Shown here: positions 1 to 12,425 of the stretch, piece by piece | Layout: each line of letters starts with the position of its first letter | How positions within the stretch are numbered: position 1 is the stretch's first letter | Source of the DNA: Sarea resinae | Taxonomy: Eukaryota | Reading direction: 5' to 3' | Length of the DNA stretch: 64,000 nt | Assembly (NCBI GenBank): GCA_026026165.1 | Contig: JAPEUD010000023.1 | Coordinates: 62,001 to 126,000 of the forward strand | The notes under the pieces: model-generated | Told to the model about the DNA's origin: nothing | The model's input: only the letters and a program-made list of their open reading frames with translations | Database searches by the model: none | Program-made: the position numbers and the translations under genes

Positions 1-549
1 CTATTGGTCTGATCTAGTGATACGAGATCTCAATGCTCATGCCCATACCCGTATGGAGGATACGTGCAGGAGGCACGCAGGACAGGATGTGGCCTGGAAG
101 CAGAAGCGAGGAATGAATCAAGGGATGGACTGGGACCTCAGAAGCAGGGCGGATCAAATATTGAATTCCCCGAATGTCGTGGTCCCCACATGGACAATAA
201 GATTGGCGAGACATCTAAACCATGTTGTCCATGAGTGGCGCTTTAAAGATATTTAAAGTGCTTCATGCTCCCTTGGTTCGCTCTTTCTTCGTGACCATAT
301 CACAGATTGGTTCTTTGTCCTCCGTTGTGAGCAATATATCGAGCTTTCCACGTCTTAGGGGCAATCTGAGCACACTTGAACTCCTCGCTGCGACTCTCTT
401 GCCGTCCCTTACTTCTTCCGAAACACGCGCACCTAATACCCAACTGAGAACCACGACTTGCGAGCATACCTACCTTACTTGACCTTATCCTACAATCCTA
501 TCAATTCTGGAAGAGATCTTGATCAACCAACTTCTACTCTCGCTCTACG

Positions 550-2085
550 ATGGCTGCAGCAGACGTCCAGTCCGCCCCGGTGGACGAGCAAGCTCCGGCT
601 GTGCCAGATTATCTGTCCAGTCCAAATGCTGTCCTGGGGGACACCGCTGATTGGCGCTATGGGAGAGCCCCCAATTACTCCAACACTCGAGCTGTCTATG
701 AGCGAAGTAAGCTTTTCGCATTCCACCAAACAATCGAAATGCTAGCACACAATGCTAATATACCGAACAGCTAAGCGTATGTCCCATCAGGCCGGCAGCC
801 TTCCCCAGCTGGTCGAGAACCTTGTCAAGAATTGGGAGATCGAAGCTTCGTTCAAGAAAAATCTCTCGGATTGGCGTACCGTGGACCACGATAAATACAC
901 GTTCGCTGTCAATGGTGGTGTGCCTCAATCTGCACAACATATGCTGAATGTCGGTACCTACAACGCCGTTCTTTCGCCAAATCAGTATTACAGTCCAGAA
1001 CACTCAGATTTTGCAAAAAGCCACAAGACATTCAAGCGCATGATGCCAACGTTTCCTTGGGAGGTCATGGAAGTGTATAGCGGACCTCCGAAGGTGGCTT
1101 TCAAGTGGAGACACTGGGGAACCATGAAGAATGACTATGTCAGCTTTAATGAGTTGGTTTTTACCTAGTTGAGAAACCTCGGGGCCCATACTGATGATTC
1201 TTTGATAGCGTTGGTGAGAAGGTCACGGTCAAGGCGCACGGTGGGCCAATCGACATCGAAGGCATCACAATTGCCCAAGTCGACGACCAAACCCGTCTCC
1301 AAGCCATTGAGACCTGGTTTGACCCCATGGAAATGTTTCGCCAAATTGCTCCCAACGGCATCATCAACAAAACCGTTGTTCCCGTCAACTCGTCACAGGA
1401 TGACACCCCAGCTGAGACGGCACAAGAGGCCAAGGAGGCAGAAACCCAGTCCCTAGAAACGATGGGAACAGCTGTACCTGTCGACAAACCCATGGCTGTG
1501 GAACCAACGACGATTACTGACGACGTGGCCAATGACACGACGACTGACGCCACTGCGAATAGTACCACTATTAAACCGACTGACGCCGAAGTCAGCAAGG
1601 CCGGTGCCGGAGTACTTGACGGAAACGACGCTGACGCGGCGGCTGCGGCTATCGCTGCTCGCAGTGCTGCCTCTGGGAATGATATGACCATGGCAGACGC
1701 AATTACAGATGCTATTGGACACGGTTACGTGCTTGTTCCTCCGACGACGAACAATGGCTCTACTAGCACCACAGCAGTGGGAGATGTCAGTACCGAAATC
1801 GGCGGAAATACCACAGCACCAGCAGAAACCATCATCACGGCCACAGCTGCAGCGAACAAGGAGCTCGTCTCACATCCTGAGGAGAATGCTCATATTGCCG
1901 ATGCCGGCTCTTCAGAAACCCCTTCAGAGGAAACACTGAGCGTAGGTGCTCCAGGAGAACATGTCATGCCAGGGCCTGGCTCTGCTGTCGTGGCCAAACC
2001 GGACAGCGAGGAGACTCGCGCTGCTCATGAGCAGATGGCCAAGCTCACACCCATGATGTGTCCTTTCCTGATGAATAAGGAGTGA
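550..2085 (+). CDS. Pathogen-related protein (SnoaL/NTF2-like fold) with long acidic low-complexity C-terminal tail; 3 exons (550-706, 771-1152, 1209-2085)
   Basis: Spliced translation is continuous across GT..AG introns: PDYL..PNAVLGD..WRYGRAPNY / LVENLVKNWEIEASFK / HKTFKRMMPTFPWEVMEVYSGPPKVAFKWRHWG / GGPIDIEGITIA..WFDPMEMFRQI, typical of the plant/fungal pathogen-related protein family. Confidence 0.85.
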
Positions 2086-3788
2086 TGCAACATTCTTTCT
2101 CTTCCGTTTCATCTCCGGGAGTAGTGGTGTTGGCGGCTTCCGTGATTTGCATCACTTTGTCGTACCGTCTCGGTCATGGTTCATTTCTCTCGTTCTTGGA
2201 ACACGTTTGTTCAGAATGAAACGGCTTTTCGTACTGCGTGCACTGATAGCAGGCTTCCCACCCTCATGTACCTTAGACATGCCTCTTCCGCCCTTTACAT
2301 CTAAATAGTCGGAATAGCAGAATTGGTAGTAGTAGTGAAAGATACATCTCCTCTTGCCGCGTGTCACGTCTCATGTCTCAACGCCGTGGGCGATGTGTTG
2401 GCCCATCTACCTAAGAATCCAAAAATATCCTCCCCACATACCTGTTGGCGATTCAGAGCCCGGTTCTGTGCAGTCCTGAGTTTCCCGCTGGTTCTACTTG
2501 TAAGGGCCGAGATCCTTCCAGCCGTCCACGGTGGCGTTCGCTGCTCGCTTATAGCCGGCGCTTGCTGCCCTCCCGGGCTCCTACGTCATCCGCGGTCAAG
2601 AATGCCCTGCCCGGGCAGGGCGAGTCTGAAATTGTAGGTTCAAGCCTGTGTGGGGAGAAGACCTTGTCCCTCATACTCCAAGTACGCCGATCCAAATTAT
2701 GATCTGTGGATAGGGCAGCGTGCGTTCAAGGGTCAGCCTCATTCGATCCGCTTTCCAATCTCCCGCTGCCGTGCTTCATTCCTGGACATGGAGGCAAAAC
2801 ACCGGTTGAGTTTGGAGAGCCGCTGGACACTGGAGAATGGCTAGACGTTTGGTCCATCTCGGGTTTTACTTGGACCACAAACAGAATCGCCACCGTGACG
2901 TGGTCAGTCACCATCCTTCTCTGCTCTTGTCTATCCCTGCTTGCTCTTCCTGATACAGAGATAGTAGAGGCAACTCGAAACCGCCTGTCGCCGTCAAAGA
3001 AGCAGCCATTGTCTGCCTTCAATTCTCATCTTTTGCTGCACTCAGTTGCCGAGTGGCAGGCGCTGCAGAAGTCTGCGATGAAAATTCCAATACAACATAC
3101 TACGAAGAACTTCTGGGCACTATAGCATCAGTGCAAGCGCCTGCATATATTCTGGCGGAAGCTCAAGTGTGGGGACAGCATGGGGGCGATCGAGAAGAGA
3201 CAGAAATGCGAGAGGACCAGAGTGGAATGGCTGCATCAAAGACAGGTTGGATCAAGCCACAGATGACCAATAATAATGTCAAGTATCACGGCGTTCGAAC
3301 CTGCAGGAACAATTCGAGTTCACTCCACAATCCAAGTCTTCTGCATCTCATGCAGCCGGACGACAGACTAGGGAAGGGAATGTGATGGTTGGTCTTGGTC
3401 AGTAAGCTGCTTGAGCATGACTATATGGCACAACTCTTGGCCTCAATCTCGTCGGGAAGGTGCCCTTATACTATCCGGCTGGGTGTTATAGTTGTAGTGT
3501 GGTGGCTATACGATAATCTTCTACGCTTGCAAAAGATGCTCGGGTCTGCTATCAGAGTACCTATTACTTACCTTGCTTACGAAGAAGGCTACGCACGAGG
3601 ATCGGATACTAACAGCATAGCTCATGGCTCTATAAGGATTTCGTTTTGACAGTCTCCTCGGCAGGATCATGATCTTAGTCTCCTCTTAAGAGCGTTGCGC
3701 GTTGTCAATTCTTGACGCTTCTCGCGATAGTTAGATGCCACTAATATATTACCATCTTCAAATGCTCATCACAATAATGTCAGGGAAA

Positions 3789-4514
3789 CTATAGTAACTC
3801 CAACAACTCTTGAAAAGCCTTCAAGATCAAGTCTCCCTCTGCGCTCCACATCTTCGCAGCCTCGGGGGCTAGATTGCCCTTCAGTGCAGCGGCCGTCAGA
3901 ATGTCCTCTGTTTTGAGCGGCAGTCCCGGCATCGTCTCGGCCACCTTCATCCTCACGCCCAGCAGAACCTGTCGCAACTGCTGGGCGGCCTTGTCGCCGC
4001 CTCTCTTGCCCCCGTAGCTAACTATCATGGCCGGCTTCCCGCCCCATTCATGGTACAGATAGTCGATGGCGTTCTTGACCGAGGCCGGATAGCCCCAGTT
4101 GTATTGCGGACACACGAAGACGAAGGCGGCGTACGACGACACCTCGGCGCTCCAGGCTCGCGTGTGCGGCTGCACGTACGAGTCGGCAGAGCGGACGTGC
4201 GAGGGGATTGAAGGCTCGTCGAACAGAGGTAGGTGCCAGTCTTGAAGGTCGAGCCGTACCAGACTGTAGGCCGTCGTGGCGGTGGCGGCGGGGGCGGTGA
4301 CGGCGTTGGTGACGCTATAGCTAGAGCTAGAGCTAGAGCTAGAGGTAGCAGATCGCTCTTGTTTTTGATATTGCTGTTGTTGTTGTTGTTGTTGTTGGTT
4401 CTGGCGTGAGGCCTCCAGTACGCCGAGGACGAAATCGGCGATCTTGGGCCCGACCCGGGGTGAGCGTTGGCTGCAAATTACGACGGCAATTCTGGGTATG
4501 ACTGGGCTTGCCAT
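3789..4514 (-). CDS. NADPH-dependent FMN reductase / quinone reductase (Lot6-like flavoprotein), intronless
   Basis: ICSQRSPRVG phosphate-binding loop, LPLFDEP, FVFVCPQYNWGYPASVKNAIDYLYHEWGGKPAMIVSYG motifs. Confidence 0.92.
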   Translation of the reverse strand: MASPVIPRIAVVICSQRSPRVGPKIADFVLGVLEASRQNQQQQQQQQQYQKQERSATSSSSSSSSYSVTNAVTAPAATATTAYSLVRLDLQDWHLPLFDEPSIPSHVRSADSYVQPHTRAWSAEVSSYAAFVFVCPQYNWGYPASVKNAIDYLYHEWGGKPAMIVSYGGKRGGDKAAQQLRQVLLGVRMKVAETMPGLPLKTEDILTAAALKGNLAPEAAKMWSAEGDLILKAFQELLELL

Positions 4515-5254
4515 GACGATAATGATGATTATGATGATGTGAGAGGGCTATATTCTATTTATCAGCCAATCTAGGACTCTTTTCTGGGCTGCGGGGGGTT
4601 TCTGAAAGTCCGTGGAGGCAGTGGTGTAGGACACGATCAAAGCACCGCCAAATCAATCTCTCGCCATGCATTACATAGATATATATATATATTCTTTCAG
4701 TAACTCTTGGCCCGTTGTAGGTTTATATACCAGAAGGGTCTTCTCATGTCTGATGGGGATGACTGTGTTGGTTTCGCATTGCGTCGGCGGGAATCACGGA
4801 AAATGGTGGGCTATTGCGGATATCCAGGAACATCGGTGTTCGGAAACGGCTTTTAAAAATGTTGTAAGACCGAGATGACCTATCACCTTTTATGTCTCGT
4901 ATTCGACAGAGTCTACGAATGCAAGGGTTCAACGATCGATCTTTGGCTGTTGGCCTGACAAAATGCCACCACGCCGCTGATCTTCAGCGCAGAAGGAAGC
5001 TTGCGCTTCTTTGATTACTTCGGCTACATATGATCCTGTGTGATGTTGTGAAACACTTCTCTCGCGAACTTCGATCAGATGTAAATAAAATCAGTATCTC
5101 TCAATTTGGAATGATACTGGAGGACACATCAATTAAGCAATCAGCAACTGTTCAATTGATGTCAAATCTCAGCAATATTCTCCACCGCGGGGTCTCAATG
5201 TTAGGCCGGCACCTCTCTGCCCATAGTGGCTTTCTCGTAGACTGTGGATAGGTA

Positions 5255-6800
5255 TCAGGTGAAGGAGTTCAAATCAGAGAATTGTGACCATCCGGTTAAA
5301 TCGAGAGTCTCCCATCCAGCCGACCCAGTATGCTGCCTTCTTTCACCTACATTGTCGGGGGTCCCAAGACCATGCCGTTCTAGCCCAGGAGCATGAAGCA
5401 ATTCCAGCTTGGCCATTGCTTCAACACGAGTTTCGGACCAACGACTGCGCCGTATGAACCGCCTCATGAGCGAGACGCGTATCGAAAACGCCGGCTAGCT
5501 GCTCTAACACTTCGAGTGCTCTAGGAAACATGACCAAGTTGTTGTGAGAGCCCAGAGATTTTAGCATGCATACGTCTTGGAATGGAGTGCTGATCACATT
5601 CCACCATGGCTGTCTTTTCTTTATCAATCCAAAGTGCCTCATCCAATGCAACCCGAAGGATAGAGAGAATGGGAGAGGTTTGCTTTGACGCAAATTTCAT
5701 ATTTGTAGACCGAATCCTCCTATACATAGAGAAACACACCTCGGCCTTGAGCAGCGCAAGGGCGGGAGGTTGGTCAGGGATCTCCATGAGCTGCGCAAGT
5801 GCAATATCTAGTGGTACATCTTTATTCGAATCGTCCGAATAAAAAGACTTCTCCGGTAGGAAAGTGGCAAGCTTAATGAGGTGAGGAGTTGAATCTTGCG
5901 GCTTCGCTGATGTGGGGTCACATTCGACTGAGTCTAGGTGAACACATGTGCGCCCATATTCAGCCGCAAAGAAACAATTGAGTGACCAGGCCACTCAGAA
6001 TGTTCTTCGCCGTGTGTCCCGTTCACCAGCATTCAGGGGTAAGAGTCCCCCCCTGTGAGGTCTGGATCGTGTGGTCGAATTCCTGATGTACTGCCACGGC
6101 TTCGGCAGTATGCATTGTCAGACAACTTGCCATCCATGAAATATGTGGTCGCATAGTCGCGCGGAGTCACAAGGAACGCAATATCCAAGCAGCGACATGA
6201 TTCAACGAAATGTAGGCGGAGGGATGTGCAAAGCTCATGTCTAGCCCCAATTTGGCGTGCCCTACTATCCCCGTCTCATGCAGACGGGTAGAGGAGCATG
6301 AAAACAGCGAGCCTAGGGCAAGAACGCCACAGATGATAGCCTCGAAATCAATGTTCACGCTACCTTGCTCGAATGACCAATAGTCAAAGCATCGCTGCGT
6401 AAATGCTTCCCGGTCGAGGAAGCGGTATATGGGGTGGATGGTGTTAAAGTAGACAGCAGAGAACTCGTGGAAGTCTGGCAGGGAGGCAGGCTGGCGGACT
6501 TGCGGTGGAACCAAAAGATGATATTCGGGACTCAGGCCGACATTCAAAGTAATCTTGGGGCGCCTCTCCACTTGCATTGGAAATACTCTTACCAGCCTTG
6601 GGAAAGCGATCGCACTACGGGCGTCCACAAATCTGCTTCCCAGAGGGTCTGTAATTGATCGACTTGGGGGCAGATTTCTTGGTACATGTTGCAGAGACCT
6701 TCTAGAGGCGTGGCGATGTCGAGTCTCGGGTAGTCGTGTCTTACGGGGATCCACATATTGATTGAATTCACCATGACTTCACACCGAGGATGAGGCTGGA
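5255..6800 (-). pseudogene. Disrupted fungal-specific transcription factor (Fungal_trans middle homology region, RDR1-like); ends approximate
   Basis: SAIAFPRL..YFNTIHPIYRFLDREAF..EAIICGVLALGSLFS..WILRSL*LRATMRPHISWMASCLTMHTAEAVAVHQE (in-frame TGA at 6167-6169); frameshift near the C7 run 6047-6053; RRRTF*VAWSLN (TGA at 5995-5997 where W is expected); second frameshift around 5610-5650 before PWWNVISTPFQ. No intact Zn2Cys6 domain found. Confidence 0.8.
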
Positions 6801-7672
6801 GAGTAGAGAGTATATTCAGGTGAAGTTGATCTCATGAATATCTTCGCTAGAGTGCACCGCCACGGCAGGCAACGGAGCTGATACATGGTGATGCCATGGA
6901 TCCCAATCGCATCATCTGGCTCAGACGAAGATACTACGTAGTCGGTAACTTCGTACAGTACCAGGTCTCTAAGATACTAGTAGGTACCTTTTGAGGTGGG
7001 CAGCTCAGTACGGGGGGTATCGGCCCGGGAGTACGGAGTAGAGCCCGCCAAGTCCTACTCCGGAGTACTCGTAAGGTAACCTAAGGTATGTACCTTAGGT
7101 TCATACGTCATACCCCCCACCTTGAAATCATCTTGCCATCTCGATATCGCGATTGCCCATCCCAAACTCGAAACACCCCACCATGGGATTCAAGCGTGCA
7201 GTACCAAGATTGGGCGCTGTTGCTGCCATCCCAGCTGAGGTCAAGCCACAACCAACGTCGTCATAGTGTCCATTCCCGAGGCACTTCACGTAGAGATTAG
7301 ACCAGAAATGACATAGTTGCCAGTGAATGGCCCAGGATCACACTTGAGATGATTGACACCGACGCAAGCCTGACCCTGAATACCCTGAACCTTACGTACC
7401 TTATGGTACCTGCCCTACCAATCGACTTGGTTCCTGCACGCCATCCATCATCTGCTGCTTCTCTGTCCCGCAGAAGGAGACGCACGCCAGTTACAGACGG
7501 ACATCGCAGACGATCTCAGTCTATAAAGACCTGCCTGATCTCCCCTACCGTTGGCCTTGTCACCAATCAATCAGCCAAAGCACAAACCAAACGATTCTGA
7601 AGATTACTCTCTGAATCAGTCATTCTAATTGCCTCACACAAAACCTCGATCTCACTCGAAAGCTTACGCATC

Positions 7673-8315
7673 ATGTCGTCCGAAGACAACACCTCCACCC
7701 TCCAGTCGTACGTCGACTACGCCAAGGGCACCGCCCAGTCCGTCCTCGGCGCCGTGACCGGCAGCTCAGCTGACAAGGTAATCATCCTTTCCACGCTTGA
7801 GAAAGACATGTCGATACTGACCCTCCCTTCAGCAAGCCGGCCAGGACAAGAAGGACAAAGCCGAGGTTGAAGACGACCTGTCCCACGCTACCGCCAAGGC
7901 CGGCCCTTACTCCGTCTCGTCTTCGGGAGCCGTTGCCAAAGATGACCCCAACCGCAGTGCGGGTTCCTGGAACCAGACTGTCGGCTCTGCAAAGGAGACC
8001 GTTGGCAATCTGGTAGGCGCCCAGGGCCTGAAGCAGGAGGGCATCGATCAGAACAGAGAAGGCAAAGGGCAAGAGGCCCAGGGACAGCTGAGCGATCTCG
8101 GAAGCGGTTATGGTGCGTCGGATCCGTCTCGCATGTGGTGAGATGACTTTTACTGACTTTGAGATATAGTTGACCGGGCCAAGGGTGCATTTGGTGGCGC
8201 TGTCGCGGGTTTGACTGGCGACGAGACCGAGCAGGAGCGGAGGCAGAAGCAACACGACATTGGCAAGACTCAGCAGCGTGGCGCTGAGGCTGATATTGAG
8301 AAGTCGGCCCAGTAA
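7673..8315 (+). CDS. CsbD-like / 'mismatched base pair and cruciform DNA recognition protein' family hydrophilin-type stress protein; exons 7673-7777, 7833-8112, 8170-8315
   Basis: Spliced ORF MSSEDNTSTLQSYVD..AVAKDDPNRSAGSWNQTVGSAKETVGNLVGAQGLKQEGIDQNREGKGQEAQGQLSD..HDIGKTQQRGAEADIEK; canonical splice sites; TATAAA at 7522. Confidence 0.85.
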
Positions 8316-8729
8316 TTGGGTGGTCTACTGAATCGCCTTGATGGAGATGGATGAGCGGATAAAGAGCTCCCGTTTCTCACGTGTAATGATTAGATGCTAG
8401 GTCCTTCAATGATATCCACATTTGCTCTTGCACTCGTCCATGTCTAAAGGGCTGCGGTATTGACCACTGATGTGACTTCGAAATTGAGACTGATCTTTCC
8501 ACACTCGCGAAACTCCGGCCAGTTCCTAGCCTTAATTCATGGACCTAGATCAAGCGTTGATAACATGAGAAGGATGCATAAGTTCAGCACCAAGTCACTT
8601 TTGTATTCGCTGTCTACAGACGGCGCCGAATTGGAAAATGTCCGTACTACTGCCTAATACTAGAGCGTGACCTGCCGCACCGTTCTGAAAAAAGCACAGA
8701 ACTCCTTGATTCCCAAGCCATGGAAAAAC

Positions 8730-10060
8730 TCAAGAGCTTGCTGTTGTTGTCTTTGGAATAAGATTTCGCAGCGAAAGGTCGTAGACAACGTCTTCCACTT
8801 TCTTGACCTATGGGTGCGTAAATATGTTGAAGATCAAGTATGCGCTTTGACCATGCTGGGAAAGCCCAAGATATAGGGGATATGATTTCGTACGGTGACG
8901 GGGATCGTAAAACGACAAGAGTAAGAAAGACGTACGCTATATTTGATGCTATCGCTCCTGCGTCTCAGGGAATCATTCTTGAGGTTCAGTATCTGAAATC
9001 CGGCATGCAAGTCCTTGACAAACTGACTGATCAGTAAGGGACGCCGATAGTCTCCCAGCGTGACGGAGTTGATAGCTAGCCGTGCCTGTAGCACATGATC
9101 CCATGGCATCCTGTTAGCACATCAAGACCATAGGATAAGAGGCGGTAAAGTAGGTTTCTGGGCTGATGATGGGTCTGAGGACGGAAATGGGTTCTTACCA
9201 GCTCTTCGACAAGTGATATTAATGATTGGAGGTACTCTTCGATGGTGAGATGGAAGGCATCCCTATCTTTGAGATTGACCGGGACTATTGGGGGGCCACA
9301 AGTATTAATAATGAGTATTGCTTACTTCGACTATCAGATTTCCTCCTCGAAGGAAGAGGCCAAAAGTACGCACCATTCAGGATCTGCCCCACCTCCTCGA
9401 TGGTTAAGAGCCTTCCTTGCTCTGCCGGACTGCTACCTTCTTGCGAGAACCCACCTAGCCAGCCGCATAGGACAATAGCAAAGGACTATCGACGTGGACT
9501 GAAATCAGCTGGGACATCCAGCGGATGAAGGATCGCTTGCCAAGTGCTACTCACGGCGTTCTGGATCTCGCGACTCCACATGCTGTTGTACTTGTAGTAG
9601 GGGTACTTGGAGGCCACGACCGAGAGCTTAGAGATAGACTGAATTTCATCACGAATGGCTCCCTCAGCAGCTTGGAGTGTGGACGCCACTGCAATAGTCA
9701 TGTCAATTTGATCCCATGGCATCAATGTGGATGAAGAGAGGCAATCGCACATTGAGAGGGAGGCGTAGAATGGGCTCGTGAGAGAATTGAGACAGCATTA
9801 CGCCCTGAAGAGATTGCATTCAGCATTTCTGCGATGATGAGTTATGTAGAGTATAGCATACCCTGCCTCTCAAGAGTTTGGAGAATCTCTCGAAGCTCCT
9901 ACTTTGGCATTTATATATCAGTCTCTGCGGCCTTGGAATGAGCGCCATGGAGGCTTGGCCAGGTAATCACCTCTTTCACCTGAGCGTCTTCATCAATCTT
10001 AGCTTGCAGATGCTCAAATATGGCAGGATTAACCATGCCGGAAGCCCTTGAATCAGCCAT
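8730..10060 (-). CDS. TSN1: Translin (translin/TRAX, C3PO family); 8 short exons
   Basis: Manual splicing gives MADSRASGMVNPAIFEHLQAKIDEDAQVKE|ELREILQTLERQG|RNAVSILSRAHSTPPSQ|..KYPYYKYNSMWSREIQNA|..RLLTIEEVGQILN|VPVNLKDRDAFHLTIEEYLQSLISLVEEL|ARLAINSVTLGDY..GFQILNLKNDSLRRRSDSIKYS|VKKVEDVVYDLSLRNL, all with GT..AG introns; classic translin C-terminal motifs. Confidence 0.93.
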
Positions 10061-10933
10061 TGTGAATCGAGTAGTCCAACGAAAGGATGCTGAGTGTTGT
10101 TGTGGTTGGGTCCAAGACTGAATTGATGATTACGATATTTACTTCCCCCAGTCTAAACGATTTGGTTTTCTCCAATTTACTACTGAGCTTCGAAATTTCT
10201 GAGTCCCAATGCTCTCAGCATCCTCTTCACTGCTACAATGCAATCACGATTTACAGTATACCTACCTTACACATCAAGCCTTTCAGTCTCAGTGAGAAAA
10301 TCAGTAGAAGCTGTCGCAAGTTCTTCGCTAAATTTGTTACAACGTCCATGGATCACAGCGCAAATTCTTTCTTCTGTTACGTTAGACTACAGCAAATTGG
10401 TACATTCCACATTCTGTCAAGTTCAGTTTGATTTCCTCGTTTATGAAGAAATAGAACCGAATTCAGTCTTGTATCGGGTTGCGTTGGTATGATGAATGTA
10501 TCGTGAATTATCCTACCTTATTTCCGTAGTCCATGGAGGCTAGTAAAAAATGCCCCTTCTTCCTCAGTGTTCGAGGAGGGGAGATCGAGAACGGAAGTGC
10601 TGTTCGCAAAGCTATGTATAGGGCGATGTGTAACTGAGCTTCCCTCAGATTCCTGATAATACCCTCTGAACTGGCGCAGTGAAGGATTCGTGAATCTGTG
10701 ACACACACAAGGAGAGGCTCAGGGCAAACAGACGTGAATGTCATGTTTGCACCATTTACATGGTTTGCGCCTGTTTGTATCAATCAAACGGGCCAGCTGG
10801 CTTACCCGTGACCTCTTGGCAAATCTTGGCATGACTTTTGCGACCCACCAAGCGAGCTGCTAAGCGAGCTGGGCAATCAGCATAAATACCGACCTCCCGC
10901 CCGCCTCTTCCTCTTCTTTTTTCTTTTCTCTTT

Positions 10934-11120
10934 AGCTCTCTTTGCCTTTTGGCTTAGATCAAGTGTAGTATCTGTTCTTTTCAGTTTAATCTCTGAAATG
11001 TCACTACGGTGACTTATTCGTGATTATACTTATTTTTAGACCTCGCGATGGAGTCACTGTGCTTGCGCAGCCTCCATTGCACAGTGTCACCGGTATTACA
11101 CTGCCTCCGGTTGACGCGAA
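10934..11120 (+). ncRNA. U2: U2 spliceosomal snRNA (3' end approximate)
   Basis: AGCTCTCTTTGCCTTTTGGCTTAGATCAAGTGTAGTATCTGTTCTTTTCAGTTTAATCTCTGAAA matches the conserved U2 5' domain, including the GTAGTA branch-pairing sequence; Sm site TATTTTTAG at about 11031; 3' stem-loop with TATTACACT loop. Confidence 0.96.
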
Positions 11121-11658
11121 CATACTTTTTCAACTTGCTCTTCGATATCATCGAGGACCTGAGGAAGAAGTCTTCTAGTAATTTAGTTTCATTCTAATAG
11201 AATAGACTTGTTATGATTTACTTGGTCTGTCTGTGCTCCGGTAGCTCTTTCGATAGTAGCTGGTTGTTCGCATGATTTTATCTGGATACAATAGATATGA
11301 AGCTTAGAATTTGGATTCCTTCCAATACGCAGTAGAGCTGCTAAAGATCATTTCGTACGGCAGAAATCCGGAAATCTTATCAGATCTCAGTGATTCAAGT
11401 GCAGTCCTCTGTACTTCGTAACTCGTACCACTTAGATACCGGAGGCGATAGATTAGGTCTTGACCCACGAAAGCCCTTGTCTATCCCACACCAAAAATGG
11501 GTCCTACAATGTGTATCCCGTGACCTCGATTTCCTGTCTGCCGCTCCACATCAAGTCGACGAGAGCCCTCATTACCACCGACAACAAACAGCAATTGCAA
11601 GTCTCCGCGCAGGATAATCACTTCTTTGCGCCCTCATCCTCCGACAACTCCGATCAAG

Positions 11659-12425
11659 ATGGTTCAAGGTCCAGTACGTGTTTTCACCTGCGCGACACCG
11701 CTTTGCTGTTCGCGCTTCCAACACGCCGCCGCTGCAGCATCTACCGGGATGAAAAGCAGAGTGGATGAGGACAGTCGCTTTTGATAAAACAAAATGGAAC
11801 AGTAGGCTAAGATTTGCGCTTTGTCGTGCTATAGAAGAACGCCGGTGGCCCCAAGGGCGGTGCCAAGGGAAAGGCCCCCAAGGTGACGAGAAAGGTGAGA
11901 TTCTCTTTTCCCTGGCACGACATGTTTCCGTCGCAGCATAGTCGAAAACATTGAAGCCAAGTTACTGATCGTTATGCCATCCAGTTCATCATCAACGCCT
12001 CCCAACCCGCCAACGACAAGATTTTCGACGTCTCCGCCTTCGAGAAGTTCCTTCACGACCGCATCAAGGTCGACGGCCTCGTCGGCAACCTGGGCGATAC
12101 TATCCAGATCTCCCAGATCGGTGACGGCAAGATCGAGGTCGTGGCTCACACGCAATTCTCCGGCCGCTACCTCAAGTACTTGTAAGGCTCCCTTTCGCCC
12201 TGTTGATCCTATTGTAGGGGCGATATATTTTCTTTCTCCTCTTGGGAGACCACAGAGTCGATAACTCAGAACAAGGACTAATATGAACGGATAATTAGGA
12301 CGAAGAAGTTCCTCAAGAAGCAACAGCTCCGTGACTGGCTCCGTGTTGTCTCGACCTCCAAGGGTGTGTACGAGCTCCGCTTCTTCAACGTTGTCAATGA
12401 CGAGGCCGAGGAGGATGAGGAGTAG
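11659..12425 (+). CDS. RPL22: 60S ribosomal protein L22 (eL22); exons 11659-11673, 11835-11894, 11985-12181, 12299-12425
   Basis: [76 protein letters not shown]; strongly biased codons. Confidence 0.96.

Noticed and set aside
2323..3649. Several 60-140-aa ORFs between the pathogen-related gene and the reductase
   Set aside because: No recognisable domains or coherent exon chain.
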